From positions 1 to 21,482 of IMG/VR virus record IMGVR_UViG_3300017989_000062: DNA of 21,482 nucleotides; one strand, 5' to 3'. The first letter of the stretch is position 1. Every line of letters starts with the position of its first letter. A program made the translations under genes and the position numbers. This document shows positions 6,916-14,378 of the stretch, one piece after another. Under the pieces are notes generated by a model, which was not told the origin of the DNA, made no database searches, and saw only the letters and a list, made by a program, of their open reading frames with translations. This DNA is from a virus (taxonomy: Duplodnaviria; Heunggongvirae; Uroviricota; Caudoviricetes).

Positions 6916-7005
6916 TGGTGGCGGAAGTGGGATTCGAACCCACACGAGCTAATGCTCACAAGATCCTCGGTCTTGCGCGGCTGCCATAGTTTACGCCATT
7001 CCGCC
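6916..7005 (-). tRNA. tRNA-Leu(GAG) with C at position 33
   Basis: CAAGA-CCGAGGA-TCTTG; long variable arm; ACCA end. Confidence 0.9.
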
Positions 7006-7011
7006 ACTTCG

Positions 7012-7641
7012 TTAATCTGGAATTACAACATCCATCTTTTCCATAATCTTTTTGAAATATTGTGGGTTGACTCCAAGAGCTAACGAAGCTTTTTTAAGAT
7101 CACCTTTACAAAGCTTAATAGCAATTTCAATATACCGTTTTTTCGTCATATCTTGAAAGGTTGCCCATAACATTCCTTGGTGAAATAAATCGACTAATAC
7201 ATCGTCTAATTTTTCTTCAGTAGATGATTTATTCGTCTCATCTTCGATAACTTCACCATCTTGTACATCTCCATCATATGTGATGAGTTTAGTTTGGACT
7301 TCATTCAATTCTTGTTGAAGTCTTTTAATTTCTTGTTGATCTGCAGTTATCTGAGCAGGTCGCACTTTACATTGACCAGTTAAAAGTGCTTCGTGAAGAC
7401 TATCAACAGTCCTCAGAGCTTCAATCACATTGACTGCCAACTGCCGATTATCAACATGGTTTTGAAGCTGTATGATGTTAACTCCATCCTTCTTAATGGC
7501 GCTTGTAAGGCTAACTCCAAGTGTTTGTGTTAATGACACATCTTTGTCTTGTTCTGCTGGAGTCGTTGATTCCTGAAGAATCTGATACAACGAATCTTTC
7601 AATTCACCTACTTCAGTTGGCACAATGTTTGCCGCCGGCAT
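7012..7641 (-). CDS. Protein with coiled coil and C-terminal Fis-like HTH
   Basis: KRYIEIAIKLCKGDLKKASLALGVNPQYFKKIM resembles HTH_8; GAAAGGAG RBS. Confidence 0.7.
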   Translation of the reverse strand: MPAANIVPTEVGELKDSLYQILQESTTPAEQDKDVSLTQTLGVSLTSAIKKDGVNIIQLQNHVDNRQLAVNVIEALRTVDSLHEALLTGQCKVRPAQITADQQEIKRLQQELNEVQTKLITYDGDVQDGEVIEDETNKSSTEEKLDDVLVDLFHQGMLWATFQDMTKKRYIEIAIKLCKGDLKKASLALGVNPQYFKKIMEKMDVVIPD

Positions 7642-7669
7642 TTTTTAACTCCTTTCGTTATTCTAAAAG

Positions 7670-8029
7670 TGGTGGAGGTGCCGAGAGTCGAACTCGGGTC
7701 CAACGATGTTCCATATCAGTATCTACGCTCATATCTGCACTACTATTCCAACTTTGGGGGCGTGGTGCAGAACTTCCCAAAGAGGTTTGCTGGTAATCTT
7801 TATCTAAATGGTCCCAGCACCGTATCTAGATGCATCTCTCTAGTCGACGCTCAATTCCAGATAGAGAGAAGTCTCTGGATTGAACGAACCCGCTTTAAGC
7901 AGCGAGTCTAACTTCAGTATAATAATCGTCTGCAGTTATGTTTAAGTAGTCAATTTTTAACGCAGCCTTTTGACCAACTGCGGAGCGCAACCTTTACTTC
8001 TCCATCCCTGTCGATACCTTTTCACCCCC
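7670..8029 (-). ncRNA. ssrA: tmRNA, tag (A)ADDYYTEVRLAA
   Basis: GGGGGTG/CACCTCC-A-CCA acceptor with G3-U70; T arm CCGAG-TTCGACT-CTCGG; ATAACT then GCA resume codon, tag frame 7933-7895. Confidence 0.96.
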
Positions 8030-8393
8030 GTTTTAGTTTAAGCCGATACCATAAATCTCCAACTTCTATTTCTTCTTTTTTATGAACTACTTCAAAACAT
8101 AATAATTGTTCTGGTTTAGTTGTCACTAAAGGACTTTCTTTAAATATTTGCCTAAAGTTTCTAACGTTGTTGTGAATATTACTGTCCATAGAAAATTCAA
8201 AAACTTCTTTTAATTCATGACATGTAATTTCAAAATCTAAACACATTTCTTCCCAGAAAGAGGAGTATTTGAGATGATCTATGATATGTTCAGTGCCGTT
8301 ATTCAATTTAGCGCTGATTGTAAGTACAGAATCAAGATCAAAAAACCAATCTCGATAATCTTTAAATGGTTTGATTAAGATTTTGCATTCCAT
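8022..8393 (-). CDS. Hypothetical protein
   Basis: 123 aa ORF, GGAGGA RBS; TGA stop inside tmRNA 5' end. Confidence 0.7.
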   Translation of the reverse strand: MECKILIKPFKDYRDWFFDLDSVLTISAKLNNGTEHIIDHLKYSSFWEEMCLDFEITCHELKEVFEFSMDSNIHNNVRNFRQIFKESPLVTTKPEQLLCFEVVHKKEEIEVGDLWYRLKLKRG

Positions 8394-8394
8394 T

Positions 8395-9354
8395 CTATCC
8401 TCCGAAGAGTTTCAAATTCATATTCTCTATTCTCGTTACTAACTGAGCTATTTGAGTATAACCATAGTTAACTAACCTTTGATTAACTTCTTTCTCTGCT
8501 TCTGCCCAGGTTCTATTTAGATCTTGTCTAATCATCTTACAAAAGTTCCAAGTAAAAGCTCCTTGAACTTTATTATTGAAATAACCTTCATAAGAGTAAT
8601 TATCTTCAGCACAACCAGCAAATAGAATGTGTCTTTGATCAACAATTCCAACAGTCGCTTTTTGACCAAATCGTTTGATTTTAGTTCTCCCAACAAGCTG
8701 AGCTGCCAGATGTTGTGGAGGCGCTAAAAATCTAATTTTACGTTGTTGAAATGTATTAATCCTTGATAATGCTCTTGAAACAGTTCCGCTATGACAAGAA
8801 TCACAAATAAATGTCATTTGCGCTCCTTCTGGAACTTTCTTGAAATAGGAGGCAAGAATGTCATCAGTAAATGGATCGTCAAAATTCAGATCTGTGGGAC
8901 AGATAATTTCATCCATTCCATCTGCTTCATCCGCGTTATTATCAGGAACTTGTGAACCATGACCAGAAAATGACATAACAAGTTCATCACCAGGAATAGC
9001 ATTATCTACAAGATTAGCCAAACCTTTAATAATGTTGGATTTTGTTGCCTCATAATCAAATATCAATTTTATGTTTTGAGTTTGAAAATCAAACTTAGAA
9101 ACTAAAATATTGTCTATGTTTAGAGCATCTTGTACACACCCGCTTAAATCACAATCGAATGCTGGATCATATTTATTTACTCCAATGAGCAACGCTCTTT
9201 TCTCTGGCTGTCGTGTTGGTGTTTCTACAACAGGTTGAGATACAGATACTGTTTCTGGAGGTGCAACAACAACTTCACTCTTCATCATACTAATCGCGTC
9301 ATTTATTTGTTGTTGAGCAGCTTCTAATTTTTGAAGAATGACAGTTTTGTTCAT
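8395..9354 (-). CDS. Metacaspase / peptidase C14 family protease
   Basis: KRALLIGVN, FSGHGSQ (His) and DSCHSG (Cys) catalytic dyad, GAFTW. Confidence 0.93.
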   Translation of the reverse strand: MNKTVILQKLEAAQQQINDAISMMKSEVVVAPPETVSVSQPVVETPTRQPEKRALLIGVNKYDPAFDCDLSGCVQDALNIDNILVSKFDFQTQNIKLIFDYEATKSNIIKGLANLVDNAIPGDELVMSFSGHGSQVPDNNADEADGMDEIICPTDLNFDDPFTDDILASYFKKVPEGAQMTFICDSCHSGTVSRALSRINTFQQRKIRFLAPPQHLAAQLVGRTKIKRFGQKATVGIVDQRHILFAGCAEDNYSYEGYFNNKVQGAFTWNFCKMIRQDLNRTWAEAEKEVNQRLVNYGYTQIAQLVTRIENMNLKLFGG

Positions 9355-9363
9355 TGCTACTCC

Positions 9364-9966
9364 TTATTTTAGGAGATCCACAGGAAATTCAGTTTCTTTT
9401 CCTGGCTCCCTATCATACGCGGCTTGGAGAACTTTTTTGACGTCCTCTATATTTGAGCCGTCTGTTTTTAATACGTGTTTATTAAACCAAACTTTGTTGC
9501 CTTCAGTCATTGGCATTATCCCAAACGCTCGTTTACGCCATTTTAACCAATCCTCCATATAAAGGGGATAGTCATCAACTAGGACCCGTCCATAGACCAG
9601 TCCTTTGTTCTCAGTTATGGTTATAGGGACTCCGCCAATATGTTTCTTACACCATTCAACTTTTTCTAACCAAGCATGAGGTTTTGTGGTAGGTCCTTTT
9701 GTTAACACATTAATGGTGAAACCAATTTGAGCTGCAGCATTCATAATGTCAAAACCGAGTTTCTTTGGTGGTAAATTTCTCCACCAACCTCTTTGCTGCA
9801 TAATCAAATGTTTACGACGCTGCAACCAGATCGGAGCTGTTTTATCATGTACAGTTATTGGTTTCGGGTCTTCAGGTCCTTGAATATCTAATAGATCTTG
9901 TAGCATTCTCCCGTCAAAATCTACAAGAGTATCATCCATGTCAAATAATGCTATTTGTTCTGCCAT
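9364..9966 (-). CDS. 5'(3')-deoxyribonucleotidase, NT5C-like HAD protein
   Basis: FDMDDTLVDF, WWRNLPP, EKVEWC, VLVDD motifs. Confidence 0.85.
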   Translation of the reverse strand: MAEQIALFDMDDTLVDFDGRMLQDLLDIQGPEDPKPITVHDKTAPIWLQRRKHLIMQQRGWWRNLPPKKLGFDIMNAAAQIGFTINVLTKGPTTKPHAWLEKVEWCKKHIGGVPITITENKGLVYGRVLVDDYPLYMEDWLKWRKRAFGIMPMTEGNKVWFNKHVLKTDGSNIEDVKKVLQAAYDREPGKETEFPVDLLK

Positions 9967-9983
9967 TCAAATTTCCTTTCGTA

Positions 9984-10073
9984 TGGCGGCGGGAACAGGA
10001 TTTGAACCTGTGGGGCTATTACACCCACTGCCTTTCCAAGACAGCACCATAAACCAGACTCGGACACCCCGCC
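9984..10073 (-). tRNA. tRNA-Ser(GGA)
   Basis: CTGTC-TTGGAAA-GGCAG; long variable arm; GCCA end. Confidence 0.95.
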
Positions 10074-10232
10074 TTATTCTATTAACTCAATGTCATATTC
10101 ATGCCAATCCAATAATCTCAATGGCTTAGAAGCAATGACGGATAATATCAACGTATCTTTCCCAGGTCTCAAAATTTTTTCTTTTCCTGTTTCTTTCTCG
10201 GTGATTTTGACTCGCACATTGTCAATATTCAT
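10074..10232 (-). CDS. 52-aa hypothetical protein (MNIDNVRVKITEKETGK...)
   Basis: AGGTG RBS; ORF fills the gap between two tRNA-Ser genes; TAA abuts the tRNA. Confidence 0.6.
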   Translation of the reverse strand: MNIDNVRVKITEKETGKEKILRPGKDTLILSVIASKPLRLLDWHEYDIELIE

Positions 10233-10252
10233 TGTTCACCTATTCAATAAAA

Positions 10253-10339
10253 TGGCGGAGAAGACAGGAATCGAACCTGCTACGCTTTTTCAGGGCGCCC
10301 GAGTTTTCAAGACTCGTTATCCCCATGGATGACCTCTCC
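10253..10339 (-). tRNA. tRNA-Ser(TGA), atypical short D arm
   Basis: CGAGT-CTTGAAA-ACTCG; same D arm as 2678-2764; G73 CCA. Confidence 0.88.
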
Positions 10340-10346
10340 TTATGCA

Positions 10347-10856
10347 TTAGAATACCCCTAACTCTTTCAGAATGTCGTCGATTCCAAAACGTTTCATTCT
10401 CAACATTAAGAATTCCATAATAGTTGGTTGAATTGGACGTCTTGGCAATCTCATCTTAGCTTGTCTTGGTGTTCTGTTTCCCTTGTCATTGTTACAAGGT
10501 TTACAAGCAGCCACGCAGTTTTCCCAAGAAGATATTCCACCTTGTCCTCTTGGTGTTACGTGATCAATAGTTAACTTTTGTTTCTTAGTACCACAATATT
10601 GACAAGTGAAATTATCTCGATAGAGAACATTTCTTTTACTGAAAGGAACTTTACTTCGGTAGATTGTCCGGACTAAATGAACCAGGCGGAGAACTTTTGG
10701 AACGGTTCTCTCCCACGCATTTTCAAGACTTTTGATAATCTTTTTTGAAGCTTTGACAATTTCAACTTTACCTTTTTCAATAAGGCACATCGCCTTTTGC
10801 CAACTGATTGTGTTCAAGAAACTGTAGTCTGCATTTAATAAAATTACTCTATTCAT
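10347..10856 (-). CDS. HNH endonuclease (McrA-like)
   Basis: VILLNADY, RDNFTCQYCG, LTIDHVTPR..GG...WENCVAAC..CN..KG; ATG 10856 with GGAGG RBS. Confidence 0.9.
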   Translation of the reverse strand: MNRVILLNADYSFLNTISWQKAMCLIEKGKVEIVKASKKIIKSLENAWERTVPKVLRLVHLVRTIYRSKVPFSKRNVLYRDNFTCQYCGTKKQKLTIDHVTPRGQGGISSWENCVAACKPCNNDKGNRTPRQAKMRLPRRPIQPTIMEFLMLRMKRFGIDDILKELGVF

Positions 10857-10857
10857 A

Positions 10858-11568
10858 TCAGACCTCCACATGTTTCCACGATCTACCTGTTTTGATATCG
10901 TAAACCGTGGCTGCAGAAACATTATAGTCTCTTGCGATTGTTTTTAATCCTTCAAAATTAGAAAGCCGGTTCTTAATTTGTATAACTTGATCCTCAGTCA
11001 ATTTAGCACTAGAATTCTTCTCACCAAATTTTACACTATTCGTTCCGGGTTGAAATCCGCTTACTTCAATATGATTCCATGAACCACCAGAACTAATACT
11101 TGCGATAGCAGTTCCAGAAACACCATATTCTTTACACAAAACTGAATGTAGTTCACCATCTCGTAATCTTTCTTTTATTTTTCTAACATCATTTCTTGTT
11201 AATTTTCTACTATTAGTTCCTCTTTCCTTAGCAGTTTGAAAAGCTCGTTCTCGTTCAAGTTTCATTTCTTGTTTTGTTAGGAGAGACCGATGTATTTTCA
11301 TATGTTTTGATCTGGTAACTACTTCAAGATTTTCTAACTGGTTATCACTAGGAATTTGATTCTTATGATGTACAATTTCATTTGTTGAAAGTTTTCTTTT
11401 TAGTTGAGTTTCAACTACTGCTCTATGAACAGGTTTTTCTTTTCTTTCATTCCCCATGTAATATTGATAACCATTTTTGTCTGTTACGATTTTATGACAC
11501 TTTCGTTTGTGCATTGTAAACCCGCTTTGTGATGTGCAGATTCTTCCACATTTTTTACAAACGAACAT
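10858..11568 (-). CDS. HNH homing endonuclease with C2H2-like finger and two HTH repeats
   Basis: CKKC...H...C; VHR...VHHKN....DNQLENLE; duplicated KLT..(D/Q)V..IK.RL...Y.VS...I..G.SW.H. Confidence 0.85.
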   Translation of the reverse strand: MFVCKKCGRICTSQSGFTMHKRKCHKIVTDKNGYQYYMGNERKEKPVHRAVVETQLKRKLSTNEIVHHKNQIPSDNQLENLEVVTRSKHMKIHRSLLTKQEMKLERERAFQTAKERGTNSRKLTRNDVRKIKERLRDGELHSVLCKEYGVSGTAIASISSGGSWNHIEVSGFQPGTNSVKFGEKNSSAKLTEDQVIQIKNRLSNFEGLKTIARDYNVSAATVYDIKTGRSWKHVEV

Positions 11569-11591
11569 ACCAATACCTTTCTTTTAAAAGA

Positions 11592-11703
11592 TTCGGGGAC
11601 AGTGGGAGTTCCTGCAAATCCATGGGTGGATATTTAACGGCTCTGCCAGCAGTTACTCCACTGCCCATTCAACTGATGTCCGAAGACATACACTGCCCCC
11701 AAA
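11592..11703 (-). ncRNA. Candidate structured ncRNA of unknown family
   Basis: 13-bp terminal stem, cUUCGg hairpin AUGUC-UUCG-GACAU, further internal stems; GC-rich; directly 3' of tRNA-Gln. Confidence 0.55.
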
Positions 11704-11707
11704 ATTG

Positions 11708-11784
11708 TGGAAGGCGGGGTGGGAGTCGAACCCACAAATGTCCGAGGGTCAAAACCTCGCGCCCTACCGTTGAGCTACCCGCCT
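11708..11784 (-). tRNA. tRNA-Gln(TTG)
   Basis: CGAGG-TTTTGAC-CCTCG; A1-U72, U73, CCA. Confidence 0.88.
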
Positions 11785-11785
11785 A

Positions 11786-12010
11786 TTAATATTCTATGAA
11801 AAGACTTCGACTGAAGTTTGTTTTGGAAGGATCTGGAGATACTACGTTGATAGGACACTCCGTAAACTCAGTAAAAGATTCTCGCTCAAGAGATCGTGGA
11901 GCACAATCACATTGAAACATTGATTGAAACTCAGCAATAGCTTGGCAACCTTCCAAACAATCTGGAAACTCCTTTTTATGTCTATCACATTCCCTACACG
12001 GACTCTTCAT
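11786..12010 (-). CDS. Small Cys-rich hypothetical protein
   Basis: MKSPCRECDRH...PDCLEGC; GGGGAGGA RBS before ATG 12010. Confidence 0.7.
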   Translation of the reverse strand: MKSPCRECDRHKKEFPDCLEGCQAIAEFQSMFQCDCAPRSLERESFTEFTECPINVVSPDPSKTNFSRSLFIEY

Positions 12011-12038
12011 AGGCAATCCTCCCCTTATGAAGTGAAGT

Positions 12039-12115
12039 TGGCTCCGAGGGCGGGACTCGAACCCGCATGAGACACTGGTTAACAGCCAGCCGCTTCACCG
12101 TTGAGCCACCTCGGA
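12039..12115 (-). tRNA. tRNA-Asn(GTT)
   Basis: GCTGG-CTGTTAA-CCAGT; U1-A72; GCCA end. Confidence 0.93.
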
Positions 12116-12174
12116 ACATGGGTTAATCCGTTGGAAGTTTCAAAATATATGTTAAGTTACCTTCTCTTTTACTG

Positions 12175-12252
12175 TGGTAGTGCGAGGAGGATTTGAACCT
12201 TCCGTTAATCGATTATAAGTCGACCGTTCTGACCAGACTGAACTACCGCACC
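12175..12252 (-). tRNA. tRNA-Ile(TAT)
   Basis: GTCGA-CTTATAA-TCGAT; A73 CCA. Confidence 0.88.
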
Positions 12253-12258
12253 ATAGAA

Positions 12259-12330
12259 TGGCAGGCCTGCGAGGAATCGAACCCCGTCCTACTGTTTTGG
12301 AGACAGTTTGGTAACCATTACCTCAGACCC
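12259..12330 (-). tRNA. tRNA-Trp(CCA), atypical short D arm
   Basis: ACTGT-CTCCAAA-ACAGT; D arm GGTA-ATGGT-TACC; 72 nt; GCCA end. Confidence 0.85.
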
Positions 12331-12347
12331 GCAAGAATGTATCCTTG

Positions 12348-12360
12348 TTTATTTGTTCTT
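12348..12360 (-). promoter_or_regulatory. Candidate promoter motif AAGAACAAATAAA
   Basis: Upstream of the tRNA-Trp/Ile/Asn block; matches motif at 2312 and 19875. Confidence 0.45.
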
Positions 12361-12367
12361 CCTTAAA

Positions 12368-12622
12368 TCAAATATCGCCATTTTCTTCAATTTTCTTATC
12401 TTCATATGGTGCTACCTTTCGCCTATACAACTCCAATTTCGCTGCTTCTAACGATGAGATACAAACTGCATAGTTCTGGTATGATTCTCCATGACACTCA
12501 ATAAAATGTTTACACATCATAGAAAAACAATAATTTAGATCCCCACCATTAGAAACAAACGTGGCCAGCATGTTTAAAGCTGGATCAAGATTTACTCGTT
12601 TTGTTTGTTCAATGTATGGCAT
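12368..12622 (-). CDS. Conserved phage protein (DUF6899-like)
   Basis: MPYI...GDLNY...LEAAKLELYRRKVAPYEDKKIEENGD pattern. Confidence 0.75.
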   Translation of the reverse strand: MPYIEQTKRVNLDPALNMLATFVSNGGDLNYCFSMMCKHFIECHGESYQNYAVCISSLEAAKLELYRRKVAPYEDKKIEENGDI

Positions 12623-13068
12623 TACTCGTCTTCCTCTTGGAGTTTAGTTCGGACTTCCATTAACAATTTCCCAAGCATATTTTCACCATGCACATTCTCA
12701 CACTTTATACATGTACAGTTGCCAAAAATGTTGTCATGCCACCAGTTTCCTTCTTCCAAATAGCGATTCTCAGTTGCGAGTAAACGATCTTTGTATTTTT
12801 CTATTTGAAACTTCTGATGAAGGAGTTCTCGCATTACGTCGAATTTAAGACCTTCTTGCCACCCATGTCTCAAAGGAACTTTTTGTCCAAGCTCCTTTGC
12901 TTTACCTGGAGTGTCCGCATGTTGTATTTGGCGTCGCAGGTCTAGTTCTAAGGTTTTTGCTGCCTGATAAGCATGTTCAACTGTAGAATATTTTTCTCCT
13001 TCATATTCCACAACCGTTGGATGATAATTACTAAGGAACGCATTCTCACCTCTAAAACTATTAATCAT
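12622..13068 (-). CDS. NADAR family protein (YbiA-like glycohydrolase)
   Basis: FLSNY, TVEHAYQAAK, KF, LEEGNWWHDNIFG, NMLGKLLMEVR; start trimmed to ATG 13068. Confidence 0.92.
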   Translation of the reverse strand: MINSFRGENAFLSNYHPTVVEYEGEKYSTVEHAYQAAKTLELDLRRQIQHADTPGKAKELGQKVPLRHGWQEGLKFDVMRELLHQKFQIEKYKDRLLATENRYLEEGNWWHDNIFGNCTCIKCENVHGENMLGKLLMEVRTKLQEEDE

Positions 13069-13351
13069 TATCTTTGTCCTTATGGGCGTTCCATTCAAAA
13101 TAATAATCACCTTTGTTATAATACTCTTCATAAGAATGTTCACCCCGCAACTCATACTCAGCCGCATCTCCAGAACCATCAGAAACTAGAATACGATCTG
13201 GATATCTAAAATCTTGAGTACACTGACTTACTTCAATAACTTCCATTTTATCAGCAAACGTATGATTTTCTTCACATTCCTTTGCTTCACTTTCTGTTGG
13301 ATGAAGAGTTTCACATTTATCACATTCCCACAATTCTTTTCTCGTTGCCAT
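13061..13351 (-). CDS. Hypothetical protein with N-terminal zinc-finger-like motif
   Basis: WECDKC...AKECEENH; ATG 13351 after AAGGA. Confidence 0.7.
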   Translation of the reverse strand: MATRKELWECDKCETLHPTESEAKECEENHTFADKMEVIEVSQCTQDFRYPDRILVSDGSGDAAEYELRGEHSYEEYYNKGDYYFEWNAHKDKDND

Positions 13352-13673
13352 TGTTAGATTCCTTTTCAGCCATAAAACGATCTTGGGCAATACAATAATA
13401 CAGATCTTTTTCTAATCTCTGCAGAATGTCAGAAACATATTCTAGAGGAGATGTATATTTGCTTTGTGGAGCATCTAAATATGCACCTGCTAGAGCATAA
13501 GCAAATGGGTACATATCTGGTTGATTTCTTGAAGCTACACACTTTGAACATACTGCAATGTTTATTAATCCAAAATACACACCGCCCTTGTCAAATGTTT
13601 GACCACAATAACAACATATAATATTTTCTTCTGTATCATGCATCCCCATAGTTTGTAGTTGAGACATTCTCAT
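13320..13673 (-). CDS. Hypothetical zinc-finger protein
   Basis: CCYCG...VCSKC. Confidence 0.65.
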   Translation of the reverse strand: MRMSQLQTMGMHDTEENIICCYCGQTFDKGGVYFGLINIAVCSKCVASRNQPDMYPFAYALAGAYLDAPQSKYTSPLEYVSDILQRLEKDLYYCIAQDRFMAEKESNNGNEKRIVGM

Positions 13674-13681
13674 AAATACAC

Positions 13682-14272
13682 CTAAATTTGTGTCATCATC
13701 AAAAGAGCTGCTGTATATTCAGATCTACATTGCGCATGGTTCATGAAATCACCAGAAAGACTTTGAATATACGCCTTATCAACATATATTGTCACAGCAA
13801 TTCCTTCAACACAATTCTTCTTTTTCGAATCATAATATGTTGAAAGTGTCTCAGAAATAATTCCAGTTAAATTTCTCATCGCTTGAAGATTATTTTCAAT
13901 TAGTCCAGCAGCTTGATAAGCGTCCAGTGCTCCATTAACAACTTGGTCAATATCACTTACATCTTCATCGCAGATCATTGAAATATAAATCGGCCAGTTT
14001 GTTACAGCTGTTGCATTGAATTTTCGAATAAACATTGGACTATAATTTTTTGAGATGAGATTTGTATTACATTCATCATCATTTATTCCCATTCGTTGAC
14101 CAGCCAGTTGTCTAATAGTTATCAATTTCTCTGCAATTTGTCTTGGATTAGGCATAAAACAATCTTCCAACATTGCTTCAAATTCCAAATCTGATTCGGA
14201 CATTCCATCTACATCAGTTACTGTTACCATAGGTGTTTCTCTACCACATTTACAACTTTCTGGTCCTGCCAT
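13682..14272 (-). CDS. Hypothetical protein
   Basis: 196 aa ORF with GAGGAG RBS. Confidence 0.75.
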   Translation of the reverse strand: MAGPESCKCGRETPMVTVTDVDGMSESDLEFEAMLEDCFMPNPRQIAEKLITIRQLAGQRMGINDDECNTNLISKNYSPMFIRKFNATAVTNWPIYISMICDEDVSDIDQVVNGALDAYQAAGLIENNLQAMRNLTGIISETLSTYYDSKKKNCVEGIAVTIYVDKAYIQSLSGDFMNHAQCRSEYTAALLMMTQI

Positions 14273-14319
14273 TTCTATTCTCCTCTAAACAAAAAAGTTT
14301 TTAAAAGTTAAACATATGC

Positions 14320-14345
14320 CCAGCCTACTAATAAAAGTAGGCTGG
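14320..14345. terminator. 10-bp hairpin CCAGCCTACT-AATAAA-AGTAGGCTGG
   Basis: Perfect intergenic stem; no strong adjacent U tract. Confidence 0.5.
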
Positions 14346-14366
14346 ACAAAGAGGTGGTTCAATAAA

Positions 14367-14377
14367 TAATATATATA
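14367..14377 (-). promoter_or_regulatory. Candidate promoter motif TATATATATTA
   Basis: Same 11-mer at 19939 and 20431, each oriented toward a downstream gene. Confidence 0.5.
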
Positions 14378-14378
14378 G

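Noticed and set aside
7521-7911. Plus-strand ORFs 7521-7796 and 7669-7911
   Set aside because: Antisense shadows of the tmRNA and the HTH gene.
10253-10339. tRNA-Sec or UGA suppressor
   Set aside because: Anticodon is UGA (reads Ser UCA), not UCA; acceptor stem is 7 bp rather than 8. No tRNA-Sec was found in the window.
11592-11703. Theta/HDV-like or hammerhead ribozyme assignment
   Set aside because: Location 3' of a tRNA fits, but I could not map the nested double pseudoknot or a CUGANGA/GAAA core by eye; left unassigned.
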